DNA of 64,000 nt from Candidatus Latescibacterota bacterium (GCA_965261395.1 OZ253462.1:6336001-6400000), one strand, 5' to 3'. Counted from the stretch's first letter, positions 38,375 to 47,857 are shown. The notes: generated from the sequence alone by a model not told the origin. Made by a program: numbers and translations.

Positions 38375-39001
38375 ATGAGCAGTGTTTTCATTTATTGGGA
38401 CAACTCCAACACCTTCCACGAGGCACAACGGCTGGCGGAAGAACGACGCGAAGGTGCCAATGCCCGTTACCGCGTGCGCGTCAACTTCGACAATATACTG
38501 CGCCTAGCGCACGCCGATCGCCCGCTAAAAAAGGCACTTGCCACCGGCTCGGTGCCGCCAGAAATGCGCCAGTTGTGGAATCGACTGGAAGGCAAGGGGG
38601 TGGAAGTTCAACTGTTTGACCGAGGCAGCTCCGGGCGCGGCGAACAGGAAATGCCCGACCGGGTATTGCAGTTGCGCATGCTGGAAGATGCGCTGGATTA
38701 CAACGGCACTCCCGGCATCGTAGTGTTGCTGACCGGCGACGGTGCTGGCTATCTCGAAGGCGCGGGTTTTCACAGCACTTTGGAGCGCATGCACAAGCGC
38801 GGGTGGCGGGTGGAAATCCTGTCATGGGCGCATTCTTGCAACCAGCGGATGCGCAAATGGGCGCAAGAAAACGGCATATTTGTCGCGTTAGACGACTTCT
38901 ACGAGGCCATTACGTTCATGGAACCGTCCAGGCCGGGAGCGGAGCTTGCGTCCGCACGCGATTCCGCGGAACTGGACCTGTCGCAGAGGCCGACGGCCTA
39001 A
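38375..39001 (+). CDS. NYN domain (PIN-fold) protein
   Basis: FIYWDNSN and VLLTGDGAG...GWRVEILSW motifs; GGAG RBS. Confidence 0.85.
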   Translation: MSSVFIYWDNSNTFHEAQRLAEERREGANARYRVRVNFDNILRLAHADRPLKKALATGSVPPEMRQLWNRLEGKGVEVQLFDRGSSGRGEQEMPDRVLQLRMLEDALDYNGTPGIVVLLTGDGAGYLEGAGFHSTLERMHKRGWRVEILSWAHSCNQRMRKWAQENGIFVALDDFYEAITFMEPSRPGAELASARDSAELDLSQRPTA

Positions 39002-39042
39002 TTGGGGAAGCGATGGCGGCGTGAATCTTTTGCTCTATCCGT

Positions 39043-39684
39043 TCAGCTAGTTCGGGTCGGCGGCGATTCGGTTGCAGCTATTATCCGTAGAAAATCGCGG
39101 ACCGTGCTGAAGACGCTGTGGTCCAAATTCCAGTAGTCATTCTTTGCTGCCACACCTACGGAAAAATGAGGGTTGGGCTTTGTTGTCAGATAGGCATGGG
39201 CACGGGCCTTGTCGGATCTCTCGATGGACACGTCCGGCAAAGATTCGACACACTTGAAAAAGTCATCGATACACTCCTCCACCGGCGCAGCCGCAAAGCT
39301 CTCGCAAAGTAGCGTCTCAAGCATCCCTTGACGATTGTCACCGGGCAGTATCAGCACCGCCACCGCCGGGCTATCACCAGTGCGCTCTGTGGGGCTGTCC
39401 GGCACAGGCAGCTTGGCTCTCTCCAACGAAGACTGAACACTTTGGAACGCCCTCTCAGCGGATGTCTCCGCATCGCGAACGATGCCGATACTCTGGACGG
39501 TCTGAAACCCAGTCGCGCTTACGAGTCCCTCTAGGAAATCGCGCAGTTGGCTGACCCCGCCAAAGTCCTGAATCTGGACATTGGTAATCGAGAGATGACT
39601 AGTGAATGCCTCAAAGAAATTGCGCTGATCATTGCCCTCGACGATAAGCTGGATTGCCGATTTGATTTCTTTTGGCTTTGGCAT
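39043..39684 (-). CDS. DUF3226 / TOPRIM-like protein
   Basis: LIVEGND, GIVRDAE, GMLETL and DKARAHAYL motifs. Confidence 0.78.
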   Translation of the reverse strand: MPKPKEIKSAIQLIVEGNDQRNFFEAFTSHLSITNVQIQDFGGVSQLRDFLEGLVSATGFQTVQSIGIVRDAETSAERAFQSVQSSLERAKLPVPDSPTERTGDSPAVAVLILPGDNRQGMLETLLCESFAAAPVEECIDDFFKCVESLPDVSIERSDKARAHAYLTTKPNPHFSVGVAAKNDYWNLDHSVFSTVRDFLRIIAATESPPTRTS

Positions 39685-39686
39685 AC

Positions 39687-40736
39687 CTATCGAACCTCAA
39701 GCCCGTGCCGAATCGCGGCACTGATTCCATTTGGCTTAAAGGTAACACAGCGATTTTCCGCGTCGCTGGCTTCGAGCCGGTGTAGGAGAAAGCCGTCAGG
39801 GCCAAGGGCTTGATGCGCCGCTTCTATACATTCAAAACTATGCGTGGTCGCAAATATCTGCGTGCGGAACTGCTTGGCCGCTTCATCAATAGCTCGCCAG
39901 ACATCGGACAGTACCGAGTGGTGAATGCCGTTTTCAACCTCATCCACTAGCACGACACCATCCGGTACGGAAGCTATGGCCAAAACAAGCCGGGCAATTT
40001 GGGTCATGCCTTCGCCCATTGCTGACAGCGGCACCAGTTCTGATAACCCAATATCCCCCCAGATCATGGGTATGCCGCTAGAGGAATTTTCCTCAATGCT
40101 TTGCAATCTCGGCTCGACAATCTGTAGTGCTTTTAATAGTAGAGCTCCCTGTTTCTTACGTCTCAACATTCCCAGCCTTGTGGCATCTCTGCGGATATTC
40201 CTAGTTCGAGACAAGAGAATTATTACACCAAGCGAGGCATTTGTAGTAGGCTGATTGATTTCAAATTCCTGTCCCTTCACACGTATCTGACTTTCGACGC
40301 GCTTCCCCGAAGGATCGATATACTGGAATGAGAGTGAACGTTCGCTGAAATCTGGCACCGAAGTTTCTTCCATAAGATCAAGAGCAGTCTCAGGAGTGGC
40401 TTGTCGCTCCGATGTGATTTTCAAAGCCAATTGACCATGCGACGTATGCTCTCCCTCAATCTCAATGGCCCGTTCCATGTCCAGATCAGAGAAGAGCTGT
40501 TTCCACAAGGGCCCAATCATAGCTGGCGATACTCTATTATCTAGTTCCAGGCCGCGAATAATGTTGACATTTCTTGCTAGACGTGCGTCTCCGGCTCCAA
40601 CTAGCAGAGAAATTGCCTCAAGTAAACTGGTCTTGCCGGAATTATTCTTGCCAGCAATGAGGTTAATGCCGCTCAATTGGTCGATTTCAAGCGCGTTGAA
40701 GCCGCGGAAATTCCGTATCTGCAAGCGTTTCAACAT
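39687..40736 (-). CDS. ABC-type (AAA_15/AAA_21) ATPase
   Basis: IRNFRGF, GKNNSGKTS, MGEG, LVDEVENGIH and TTHS motifs. Confidence 0.9.
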   Translation of the reverse strand: MLKRLQIRNFRGFNALEIDQLSGINLIAGKNNSGKTSLLEAISLLVGAGDARLARNVNIIRGLELDNRVSPAMIGPLWKQLFSDLDMERAIEIEGEHTSHGQLALKITSERQATPETALDLMEETSVPDFSERSLSFQYIDPSGKRVESQIRVKGQEFEINQPTTNASLGVIILLSRTRNIRRDATRLGMLRRKKQGALLLKALQIVEPRLQSIEENSSSGIPMIWGDIGLSELVPLSAMGEGMTQIARLVLAIASVPDGVVLVDEVENGIHHSVLSDVWRAIDEAAKQFRTQIFATTHSFECIEAAHQALGPDGFLLHRLEASDAENRCVTFKPNGISAAIRHGLEVR

Positions 40737-40805
40737 AGCCTTGGCTCCTCGCTTATATCTGATTCCCCGGATTACTTCTACGCTAATCTAGAATCTTGAG
40801 CATGT

Positions 40806-41003
40806 TTATACAGCCAGTTCGATTTCTCGGACTTCGGCATCCTCCAAAAGGTCTTCTACGACGCTGAGATATTCTCGGATAGCGGCTTCGATATTAACGA
40901 GGACCTCTTCTTCTGTTCTTCCTTCAGACCAACAACCTGGAAAGCCAGGGATCGAGACACTATAGCCCTCGTCAGATCGGTGAAGGGCAATTTTGTACCT
41001 CAT
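40806..41003 (-). CDS. hicB: Orphan HicB-family antitoxin
   Basis: GYSVSIPGFPGCWSEGRTEEEVLVNIEAAIREYL. Confidence 0.8.
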   Translation of the reverse strand: MRYKIALHRSDEGYSVSIPGFPGCWSEGRTEEEVLVNIEAAIREYLSVVEDLLEDAEVREIELAV

Positions 41004-41161
41004 AATGGTCTCTTTGCGGTTATTCATTTGTCTCTACTTCTCATGCGTCATTGATTGGTGGCGAGCGGATGTGTCAGTCGTTTACGGAGTCCCATCCTTC
41101 ATCCACGGTTCGCCTCTTCCTCTATTTCGCCCATGTTGTACTGGAATAAGGAGACCTTGAA

Positions 41162-41347
41162 CTAGCCTAGCGCCGAGATAAATTCGCTGCGGGATAAACC
41201 CGAAATTTCGGCCGCTCGGCTTTGGAAAACTATCCCCATCTCGCACCATCTCACAGCGGCCAAACGCAATTCTTGGGTGAAACGTTCGAGGGCTTTCTGT
41301 ACCGACGAAAACATATCTTCTGGCGGTTCGAAAGTAACCGTTACCAT
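41162..41347 (-). pseudogene. Truncated UPF0175-family antitoxin
   Basis: ELRLAAV.W...G...SRAAEISGLSRSEFISAL then an early stop. Confidence 0.6.
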
Positions 41348-42086
41348 AGTGTACCTGTTAGTCAAAATTAAGCTCGTCGGCGATATCCTCGACGGTTGCT
41401 CTGTGTTTTTCTGCCTTCTCGCGTTGTCGCTCTTCATCTTGTCGCCTACTCTCTAGGATTCTAGCTTCTTCCTCGTTAGTCTTACTAACACACAAAATCA
41501 AGGTTTCCCTATGATATTTCTTCACTTCGTCAATCGTCGTACCATCCAAGATAATCTTAGAACCGACCACTCTTGCAATACCCGGCCTATGCATCGTGGT
41601 AAATCTTGGTGGTGCGTTCCAGGTACTTACAAAAACCTCGGACCAAAGTGAAGAAGGCTGTCTGCTCAGACGAAAAGGCACAGTGTATAGTGCCGATCCC
41701 GGTGTACCATCCATAGTTGGTTCGGTGACTTCGTCGACAATGACGCCAACAATTTTGAGCGCATCGCTCGGAGACGATTCCTTCGTTTGCGGCTCTGAGC
41801 TAGTTTGCGAAGATCTCCGTAAAGGAGGAGCGATCGGCCTTTCCCCTAGCAATGTAGTAATTAAGTCTGAATAGTTCTCTTCGTACTTATCGGGTGAACT
41901 TAAGTCAATATAGTACTTACCCTTCAACCGTGAAGGGGCAGCATCTTCCCATGTCCCCCGAGCTAGGATCGGAATGAATTTTCGGTGATTGCGCCGGGAG
42001 TAAACCTCTGCCGTCATTATGTCCCCTTCATATCCAACGCCGCCCCTGCGTCCATCGGACCTAAGCCGGTAGTTAGGAGTACAAAC

Positions 42087-43271
42087 GGCTTTGTTGCATG
42101 AAAACCGGTCGGGGCCGTGTTGGCTTCTTTCGCGTGTGATTTACGCTTTTTTGGTTAGCGGATAGGACTCAGGTTTCGCCAACGCCCGCATCCGGTTGAG
42201 CAAGGCACAGCCCAACCGCGCTTCGGTCTGTTGGTTGGTTAGGGTTCGGGTGCGCAAGGTGTCACCAAGTATCTGTTTGTAGCGGCCTATCTGCGTTTCG
42301 GCTACCGAGCGTCGATGATAGCCGCTCTCGTGTTTCCAACCTCGACGGCCCCGTTTGCGGATGGCTCGAATCGTCTCATCGCGGGGCAACGGCTCGGCGT
42401 TGGTGTTGCCATGTTGCTCGATTTTGGCGTCCTTGCGCGGCGGAATGATCGGATGAATAGGTGCCCCCTGCTCGGGCGCGGCCAACGCCTTGAACACCTT
42501 GCGTTTGTCATAGGCCCCATCGCCGCCCAACGCCTCCACGGGGGCCTCGATCTGTGCCAGCAACGGCTCCACCTGCCCCGCATCATCGTGGCTATTCGTC
42601 GTCAAGGTCTGCGCGACGATCTCGCCGGTGGCTTCATTAACCCCGAGGTGCAATTTGCGCCACGTGCGCCGCTTGCTCCAGCCGTGCTGACGCACCTTCC
42701 ATTCGCCTTCGCCATACACTTTCAGCCCGGTCGAATCCACCACCAAGTGCATCGGTTGGTCTCCCCGCTGGGGCGGCCACGCCACGGCTAAACCCGCCTG
42801 ACGGCGCGACAGGGTCGTGTGATCGGGCACCCGCAGATCCAAGCCCATCAGGGCCAACACCGAAGCGACAAACCCCTCGGTTTGGCGTAGGGGCAAGTGA
42901 TACAAAAGACGCAGCGTCAACGCCGTTTGGATGGCGACCTCCGAAAAGGTATATTGCGCCCCCCGCTGAGGCGGCCCTTGATAATACCAAGCTTCGACGG
43001 CCTGGGGCGTGAACCACACCGTCAGACTACCGCGCTGTTGCAGCCCGGCCTCATAGTCGGCCCAATTACGTACCCGGTACACGACGTTGGAGCGACGGCG
43101 AGGCGAGCGACCAGGCTTGACGGAAGAGGGGCAAGACGATAGGTTGGCCATGACAGGTTCCTTGGACGAGAAAGCATGGGTTTTTTGGCGAAAGTCGTGC
43201 TCAATCTACTGAGGAGCCTGTTTTTATTCAACCGATCAACCGAAAAAAACACCAATTCATGCACCAAAGCC
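42087..43271 (-). mobile_element. IS5 family, IS903 group insertion sequence, 1185 bp
   Basis: TIRs GGCTTTGTTGCATGAA / TTCATGCACCAAAGCC (one mismatch); 9-bp target duplication AGTACAAAC at 42078-42086 and 43272-43280. Confidence 0.93.
42141..43151 (-). CDS. IS903-group transposase
   Basis: RGSLTVW, DSTGLKVYGEGEW, WRKLH, DGAYD and GYHRRS motifs. Confidence 0.95.
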   Translation of the reverse strand: MANLSSCPSSVKPGRSPRRRSNVVYRVRNWADYEAGLQQRGSLTVWFTPQAVEAWYYQGPPQRGAQYTFSEVAIQTALTLRLLYHLPLRQTEGFVASVLALMGLDLRVPDHTTLSRRQAGLAVAWPPQRGDQPMHLVVDSTGLKVYGEGEWKVRQHGWSKRRTWRKLHLGVNEATGEIVAQTLTTNSHDDAGQVEPLLAQIEAPVEALGGDGAYDKRKVFKALAAPEQGAPIHPIIPPRKDAKIEQHGNTNAEPLPRDETIRAIRKRGRRGWKHESGYHRRSVAETQIGRYKQILGDTLRTRTLTNQQTEARLGCALLNRMRALAKPESYPLTKKA

Positions 43272-45437
43272 AGTACAAACGATCAGTACATAGTCGTTCT
43301 CGCGGATATGTCTTTCCATAAACTCTGGTAGCTGATCTCCCGGTACGGCATGCCACTGATCGAGGATTGTTTCGACGCCGTCATCTCGAAGATTCGTCGC
43401 CAATTTTGCGACCCACTCCTTGTGCTGATCATCATCCCATGAGTATGACATAAAGGCTTTAGGGGCACTCATCTGCCTTTGCTCCTTTCCGTATCTGCTA
43501 ATAGTTGATCTGAAAAATGCAATCCCCGCCCACGCTTCGTCTATCATCCCCTGATACCCCTCAATCTTCGCCACAATCTCTCGCTGCACTTCCAGAGGCG
43601 GCAGGGGAATTTTCAGCTCACAAAATTTTGATTTGGAAATTTCTTTGAACGTGCCACTGGCCCAAGCATTCATAGTGGGCACGAGTTCCGTCATAGCGAG
43701 AGCAATATATTCAGGTATCGCCCGCGATGGGTTTTTGATAATAATATTTTTGAACCCCTGATTCGTAGCCAACGGTATTCGATTGATGCCAATTCGACCT
43801 ATAGTGGCACGAGTTGAAACAATAACGGAGTTTTCTGGAATCAGCTTCGCTGACGATTTAGCAAGGCCGATCTCGCTAATTGTGCGCTGCGTAGTTCTAA
43901 TCTCAGCGACAAGCTCAGTTGGCGGTAAATCGACTAATGTAGCCCACGGTACGCCCCCATCCCAGTATTCCTCTACCCTGGACTTCGGCGTACCACCGCT
44001 TTCAATGCAAAAAAGCTCTGAATCACCTAGAGAAACCAGAGGAAATGAATGTTCGCTACGCTCATTCTCCCGGTACCTTTCCCTACTCAGACTATACTCC
44101 CCTCCCTCCGCAATCTTCTCCTTCTCGGCAATCAGCCCAAGCGCGGTTGTGTAATCCACTTTAGGTTCCGCCACACCACCGGCTAGCACCGACTCGCCCG
44201 CCCGCAGCCGCCCCAGATATTCGCCAAGCTCCTCCCTCACCTTTGGCAAGTCATTCTCCGCAATCTCCCGCCGCTGCGCCCCCAAATCAAACCCATCGTT
44301 CTCCACCTTAAAAAAGGCAATGCTGTCCGTCTTTTGCGCCAGCGCCTTGTCCAGCAGCAGAATGGATGTCTTGACCCCCGAATAGGGCTGGAACACGCCC
44401 GCCGGCAGCGAGATAACAGCCACCAGATAATTCTCCACCAGCATCTTGCGTAGCTGCTTATAGGCGGTCTGGCTCTGAAAGACAATGCCCTCCGGCACAA
44501 TGATACCGGCGCGCCCCGTAGGCGTCAGATGCTCGGCCATGTAATCGACAAACAGCACCTCGCTGCGTTTGGATTGCACTGAAAAACGACGGTGCGGACG
44601 GATGCCACCCTTCGGCGACATAAACGGCGGATTGGCCAAAATCACGTCGGCATACTCGTTCCAGCGCTCCTCGCTGGTCAGGGTGTCGTATTCGGAGATA
44701 TGCGGCTCGACAAAGCCGTGCAGATACAGATTCACCAGCGACAACCGCACCATATCAGGCGAAATGTCATACCCCTTGAAGTTAGCCGCGAGGGTCCCTT
44801 TTTCGTCCGGCGTCAGCGTACTGTTACCCTCGTCGTCAATATTGGACTTGAGAATGTGCTTGTACGACGAAATCAGAAACCCGGCAGTACCGCAGGCCGG
44901 GTCGAGAATGGTTTCGTCTTTCTTCGGGTCAACGACGGAGACAATGAAGTCGATGATATGGCGCGGAGTGCGGAACTGCCCGGCATCCCCCTGCGAGCCA
45001 AGAACCGAGAGCAGATATTCAAAGGCATCGCCCAGCCGCTCGCTGTGATCGTACGTAAACTCGTCGATAACCTTGAGAAAGGCGCGCAAAGTCTCTGGGT
45101 CGCGGTAGGGCAAATAGGCGTTGTTGAAGATGTCGCGGAACAGCGGCGGAATGCCCGGATTTTCCGGCATCCGGGTGATCGCCTCGGCGTACAGACTCAA
45201 AGTCTCGTGGCCGCCCAAACCAGCGCGCACCAGTTGCGGCCAGCCATAGCGGGCAAAGTCGCCGGCAAAAAACGTGCGCTGCCCGCCCATCTCCTCGCTC
45301 GCGGCGTCAATATCATCCATAAACTTGTAGATGAGCGCGATGGTAATCTGCTCTACTTGGCTTTTGGGATCGGGTACCTTGCCGACGAGGATGTCGCGGG
45401 CCGTGTCAATGCGGCGTTTGGTAGCGGTGTCGAGCAT
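43257..45437 (-). CDS. hsdM: Type I RM methylase-specificity fusion, copy 2 (one TRD), reading in frame into the TIR gene and stopping inside the IS
   Basis: GQFRTP, DPACGTAGF and NPPF motifs; one TRD plus IPLPPLEVQ; no stop before MSAPKAF. Confidence 0.85.
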   Translation of the reverse strand: MLDTATKRRIDTARDILVGKVPDPKSQVEQITIALIYKFMDDIDAASEEMGGQRTFFAGDFARYGWPQLVRAGLGGHETLSLYAEAITRMPENPGIPPLFRDIFNNAYLPYRDPETLRAFLKVIDEFTYDHSERLGDAFEYLLSVLGSQGDAGQFRTPRHIIDFIVSVVDPKKDETILDPACGTAGFLISSYKHILKSNIDDEGNSTLTPDEKGTLAANFKGYDISPDMVRLSLVNLYLHGFVEPHISEYDTLTSEERWNEYADVILANPPFMSPKGGIRPHRRFSVQSKRSEVLFVDYMAEHLTPTGRAGIIVPEGIVFQSQTAYKQLRKMLVENYLVAVISLPAGVFQPYSGVKTSILLLDKALAQKTDSIAFFKVENDGFDLGAQRREIAENDLPKVREELGEYLGRLRAGESVLAGGVAEPKVDYTTALGLIAEKEKIAEGGEYSLSRERYRENERSEHSFPLVSLGDSELFCIESGGTPKSRVEEYWDGGVPWATLVDLPPTELVAEIRTTQRTISEIGLAKSSAKLIPENSVIVSTRATIGRIGINRIPLATNQGFKNIIIKNPSRAIPEYIALAMTELVPTMNAWASGTFKEISKSKFCELKIPLPPLEVQREIVAKIEGYQGMIDEAWAGIAFFRSTISRYGKEQRQMSAPKAFMSYSWDDDQHKEWVAKLATNLRDDGVETILDQWHAVPGDQLPEFMERHIRENDYVLIVCTGFGA

Positions 45438-45438
45438 A

Positions 45439-46329
45439 TTAGGTCCGGTAAACGAATCCCTCTCCGATCTTCCACACCCCCTTCTCGCGGAAAGCGGGAA
45501 TGGTCTGGCGACGGGCGGCGTTGGTGACCGCAGGTGCCGAGAGCCCATGCTGTTTGATATAATCCGACAGCCGGATAATGGCCTCCCCCTGTAAATAGCT
45601 CAGCCTCTTATGCAGCGACTCTACGAGCGCCAACGCCATAATATCTTCCATCGTCCTAGTCGTTTGGCGGTCCCCATAGTCCCTGAACGCCTGATAGTAC
45701 CGCTCCTTTTCCGAGTTGCGGACAATAAGGCGCGGCAGTCCGAGCTGGATAAGTTGAAAATTGATGAAAACCCGCCCCAAGCGGCCATTGCCGTCGCAAA
45801 AGGGATGGATGGTCTCAAAATCCAAGTGGAATCGGGCAATCTTATCGAGGAAGTAGGTGCCAAGGTCGCTGGAATACTCGACGAGGATGTCATCTATCAT
45901 GCGCTCCACATGCTCGGGTGCCGGCGCGATATGAGTCCCCACCCGCACGTATTCCCCCTGCTCGCGAAAGCGTCCGGCGATGGCATCATTAATGCCGTCG
46001 ATGAGCATCTGATGCAAGAGTAGTATCAGGTCTTTGTTCAGTTCACTGTCTTTAGCTTTGGTGCGTTTGTATTCCGTGACGCGGGCTAGATTTTTCGCCT
46101 CGAAGACTTCCCGCACAGACACGTTTCGGGACAACATCTGCTCCAACAGGATTTTCTCTGTCTCCTCAAGGGTAAGAGTTGAATTCTCAATCGCGTTCGA
46201 GTTGTACACGCTCTCGGGGATCTCCACTTCGTCGATCATCGACAGCAGCGATTCCTTGCCTTGGCGCAAGGTATCGTACGTTCGTTTCAAGTCTTGGATG
46301 CGGCTTTTTATCGGCTGTGTGGTCGCCAT
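45439..46329 (-). CDS. Fic family protein with short C-terminal HTH
   Basis: SNAIEN and HPFCDGNGRLGR motifs; stop lies 1 nt before the methylase ATG. Confidence 0.92.
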   Translation of the reverse strand: MATTQPIKSRIQDLKRTYDTLRQGKESLLSMIDEVEIPESVYNSNAIENSTLTLEETEKILLEQMLSRNVSVREVFEAKNLARVTEYKRTKAKDSELNKDLILLLHQMLIDGINDAIAGRFREQGEYVRVGTHIAPAPEHVERMIDDILVEYSSDLGTYFLDKIARFHLDFETIHPFCDGNGRLGRVFINFQLIQLGLPRLIVRNSEKERYYQAFRDYGDRQTTRTMEDIMALALVESLHKRLSYLQGEAIIRLSDYIKQHGLSAPAVTNAARRQTIPAFREKGVWKIGEGFVYRT

Positions 46330-46353
46330 GTCGTTATTGTATCGTATTCACTA

Positions 46354-46430
46354 TATATTGTCAAATATCCGTGAATGAACCGCGAAAAATGGGAGCTATT
46401 CACGGTCTTTTGGGATAAATGCATTAATCG
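46354..46430. repeat. 77-bp diverged repeat (other copy 50695-50771) carrying the -35 box of the Fic promoter
   Basis: TATATTGTCAAATATCCGTGAATGAACCG shared exactly. On the minus strand TTGACA-17-TACAAT ends 6 nt before the Fic ATG, implying a leaderless transcript. Confidence 0.85.
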
Positions 46431-46557
46431 TGGATGAGAAAACCGAGTTAGTAACTGACGTTACTACGCAGCTTTTGTCCCCAATCCCCCCATCCCTGTA
46501 TCCCTTCCGCGACACTCCAACGCCTCATATCCCCTCCGCCCCTCTGAACCGCCGCCG

Positions 46558-46572
46558 TGGCACGATTCTTGC
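46558..46572 (+). promoter_or_regulatory. Sigma54 (-24/-12) promoter upstream of the Rpn gene
   Basis: TGGCAC-gattc-TTGC, matching the consensus, ending 42 nt before the ATG. Confidence 0.65.
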
Positions 46573-46614
46573 CCGTTGCGGATACCACCCCATCCGCAAC
46601 CCAAGGCATGACTC

Positions 46615-47514
46615 ATGGCCGAATTCGACACCATCGCCAAACATCTCATCCACACCTACCCCCACGACTTCGCCCGCTTCGCCCTCCACCAAGACGACGT
46701 CGAAATCCTCGACGTCATCGACACCGAACAACCCACCGTCGAAGCCCACCGCACCGACAGCCTCATCCGCGTACAAGTCGGCGACGAGGAATCGCTAGTC
46801 CATCACGAGTTTCAAACCACCGACAGCAAACCGCCCATGCCGCAGCGCATGGCCGGCTATATCGGGCGCGGTATCGAACAACACGGCCTACCCATCTACT
46901 CCAACGTCATCTATCTGCGTCCCGACGCCGGCCGGAACGATCCGGGGCACTATCTCCAAGAGCGGCACGGCTACCGCGTCTTGGTGCAATACAAAGTGAT
47001 TCGGCTGAGTGAACTAGACGGCCAACGCATGCTCGACGCGGGGTATTCGGGCTTGCTTCCGTTTGCGCCGTTGATGCAGCGGCCAGTGGGGGTGGATGCC
47101 GAGGCATGGTTGCGCCAGTGTGTCAACCGGGCGCAAGAGGTGCCGATGGACGAGACCGTCAAGGCCAATTATTTGGCCGATCTTGCCATTTTGAGCGGTT
47201 TGGTGTATAGATTAGAAACGATTATGACCATCTTCTCGGAGGCGACCATGTACGAATCGTCGGTAGTGCAGTATTTCACAGAAAAGGCCCTTGAACAAGG
47301 CATTGAGCAAGGCATCGAGCGAGGAGGCCGAGAACGCGCGGTTGAAGATCTGCTCGACGTGCTGGAGATTCGCTTTGAACTAGCCGCGTCGGATCCGTTG
47401 GCCGCTCGCATTGGGGCCATTGACGATATGCAGCGCCTCAAGCAGTTGCATCGGGCGGCCATACAGGTGCCGAGCCTCGAAGCCTTTAGGCACCTGTTAG
47501 ATGAAGCCGAGTAG
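46615..47514 (+). CDS. Rpn-family PD-(D/E)XK nuclease (recombination-promoting nuclease / putative transposase)
   Basis: FDTIAKHL, RTDSL, HHEFQT and MPQRMAGY motifs; EQGIEQGIERG repeats. Confidence 0.85.
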   Translation: MAEFDTIAKHLIHTYPHDFARFALHQDDVEILDVIDTEQPTVEAHRTDSLIRVQVGDEESLVHHEFQTTDSKPPMPQRMAGYIGRGIEQHGLPIYSNVIYLRPDAGRNDPGHYLQERHGYRVLVQYKVIRLSELDGQRMLDAGYSGLLPFAPLMQRPVGVDAEAWLRQCVNRAQEVPMDETVKANYLADLAILSGLVYRLETIMTIFSEATMYESSVVQYFTEKALEQGIEQGIERGGRERAVEDLLDVLEIRFELAASDPLAARIGAIDDMQRLKQLHRAAIQVPSLEAFRHLLDEAE

Positions 47515-47638
47515 ATCACGGTTCACTTCCTCCACTATCCGCGTCTCTACCCCACACCCGCCCAATCGCCGCCCGAATCTTCCCCGCCATCCGCGCATCA
47601 AGGACGAATTGTGCGCGGACAACGGCAAATGATGTACT

Positions 47639-47857
47639 TTACTCGAATAGTGATCTGGGCAGCCCCGATTGCCTAATAATTGACATCAGCGTTCCCATCC
47701 GCAGTTCCCTGTGGTCAGGAACTGGGATGGTAATAGTGCTGCTGGACTCGACTTTTTGCATGATTACATGGCTGCCCCTGCGCCGGACCTCGGTAAATCC
47801 GTGATTCGCAAGTATTCCACAGACTTCCCGGCCCGATAATACTCGCAGTCTAGCCAA
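47639..47857 (-). CDS. hicA: HicA-family toxin
   Basis: GFTEVRRRGSHVIM...VPDHRELRMGTLMSIIRQSG. Confidence 0.9.
   Translation of the reverse strand: MARLRVLSGREVCGILANHGFTEVRRRGSHVIMQKVESSSTITIPVPDHRELRMGTLMSIIRQSGLPRSLFE

Larger units (their letters stand above)
41358..43472 (-). pseudogene. TIR/SEFIR-domain protein split by an IS903-like element (306 aa when rejoined)
   Basis: MSAPKAFMSYSWDDDQHKEWV...LDQW...FME...VLIVCT | PNYRLRSDGRRGGVGYEGDIMTAE...KFIPIL rejoins in frame; own AAGGAG RBS. Confidence 0.88.
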
